Shown one piece after another: positions 63,888-64,000 of a stretch of 64,000 nucleotides of DNA. A program made the translations under genes and the position numbers. Origin of the DNA: Myxococcota bacterium (GTDB taxonomy: Bacteria; Myxococcota_A; SURF-8; G963663525); assembly GCA_963676915.2 (NCBI GenBank), contig CAXXVK010000054.1, positions 1-64,000 of the forward strand, in the 5' to 3' direction. Each line of letters opens with the position of its first letter. The stretch's first letter is position 1. The notes under the pieces are model-generated. The model was not told the origin of the DNA, did no database searches, and saw only the letters and a list, made by a program, of their open reading frames with translations.

Positions 63888-64000
63888 CCGAATCAACTCG
63901 TCCCGTATCCGATTGGGAATTGGAGCAATATCTGCTCGACGAATTGGAAGGCGAGCGTCGGGCGTTCGTAGAAGAACAGCTTCGACAGGATTCGGAGGTG
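63884..64000 (+). CDS. Putative anti-sigma factor (ActD-like N-terminus), truncated by the window end
   Basis: ATGA overlap with the sigma stop; MTESTRPVSDWELEQYLLDELEGERRAFVEEQL. Confidence 0.7.
   Translation, partial: MTESTRPVSDWELEQYLLDELEGERRAFVEEQLRQDSEV

Overview
Bacterial chromosomal window with dense coding and moderate GC. Gene content suggests a Myxococcota or related deltaproteobacterial lineage (inference from romR-valS synteny, a Hanks kinase with PEGA repeats, Cys-rich lipoproteins, and an ECF sigma with an ActD-like partner). Housekeeping genes: proS, pyrF, rlmB, valS, ileS, cdd, dksA, tRNA-Ser(GCT), an EF-P paralog, cysK, dacB and a cold-shock gene. These are mixed with two orphan PAS kinases, a TatT-type TRAP transporter, a TonB-dependent receptor, a class II HMG-CoA reductase and several uncharacterised acidic lipoproteins and outer-membrane proteins. 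I see no CRISPR array, transposase or prophage. Best candidates for something new: (1) a lipoprotein at 15836-17830 that fuses a flavinylation-like motif (VDAVTSAT), a compact tetraheme c domain and a phytoene-desaturase/retinol-saturase-family FAD enzyme, possibly an undescribed extracytoplasmic respiratory reductase; (2) ValRS has lost its near-universal PPP triplet (PLP here), in a genome that also carries an EfpL/EF-P mosaic with Arg33; (3) a protein of about 1,100 aa or more, split by two +1 G frameshifts, with a prion-like region, two repeat arrays and a GrpE-like head; (4) an oversized PopZ-like RomR; (5) two structured intergenic elements, a covarying REP-like doublet and a 149-nt nested inverted repeat. 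All family calls come from motif recognition by eye; no database searches were run.
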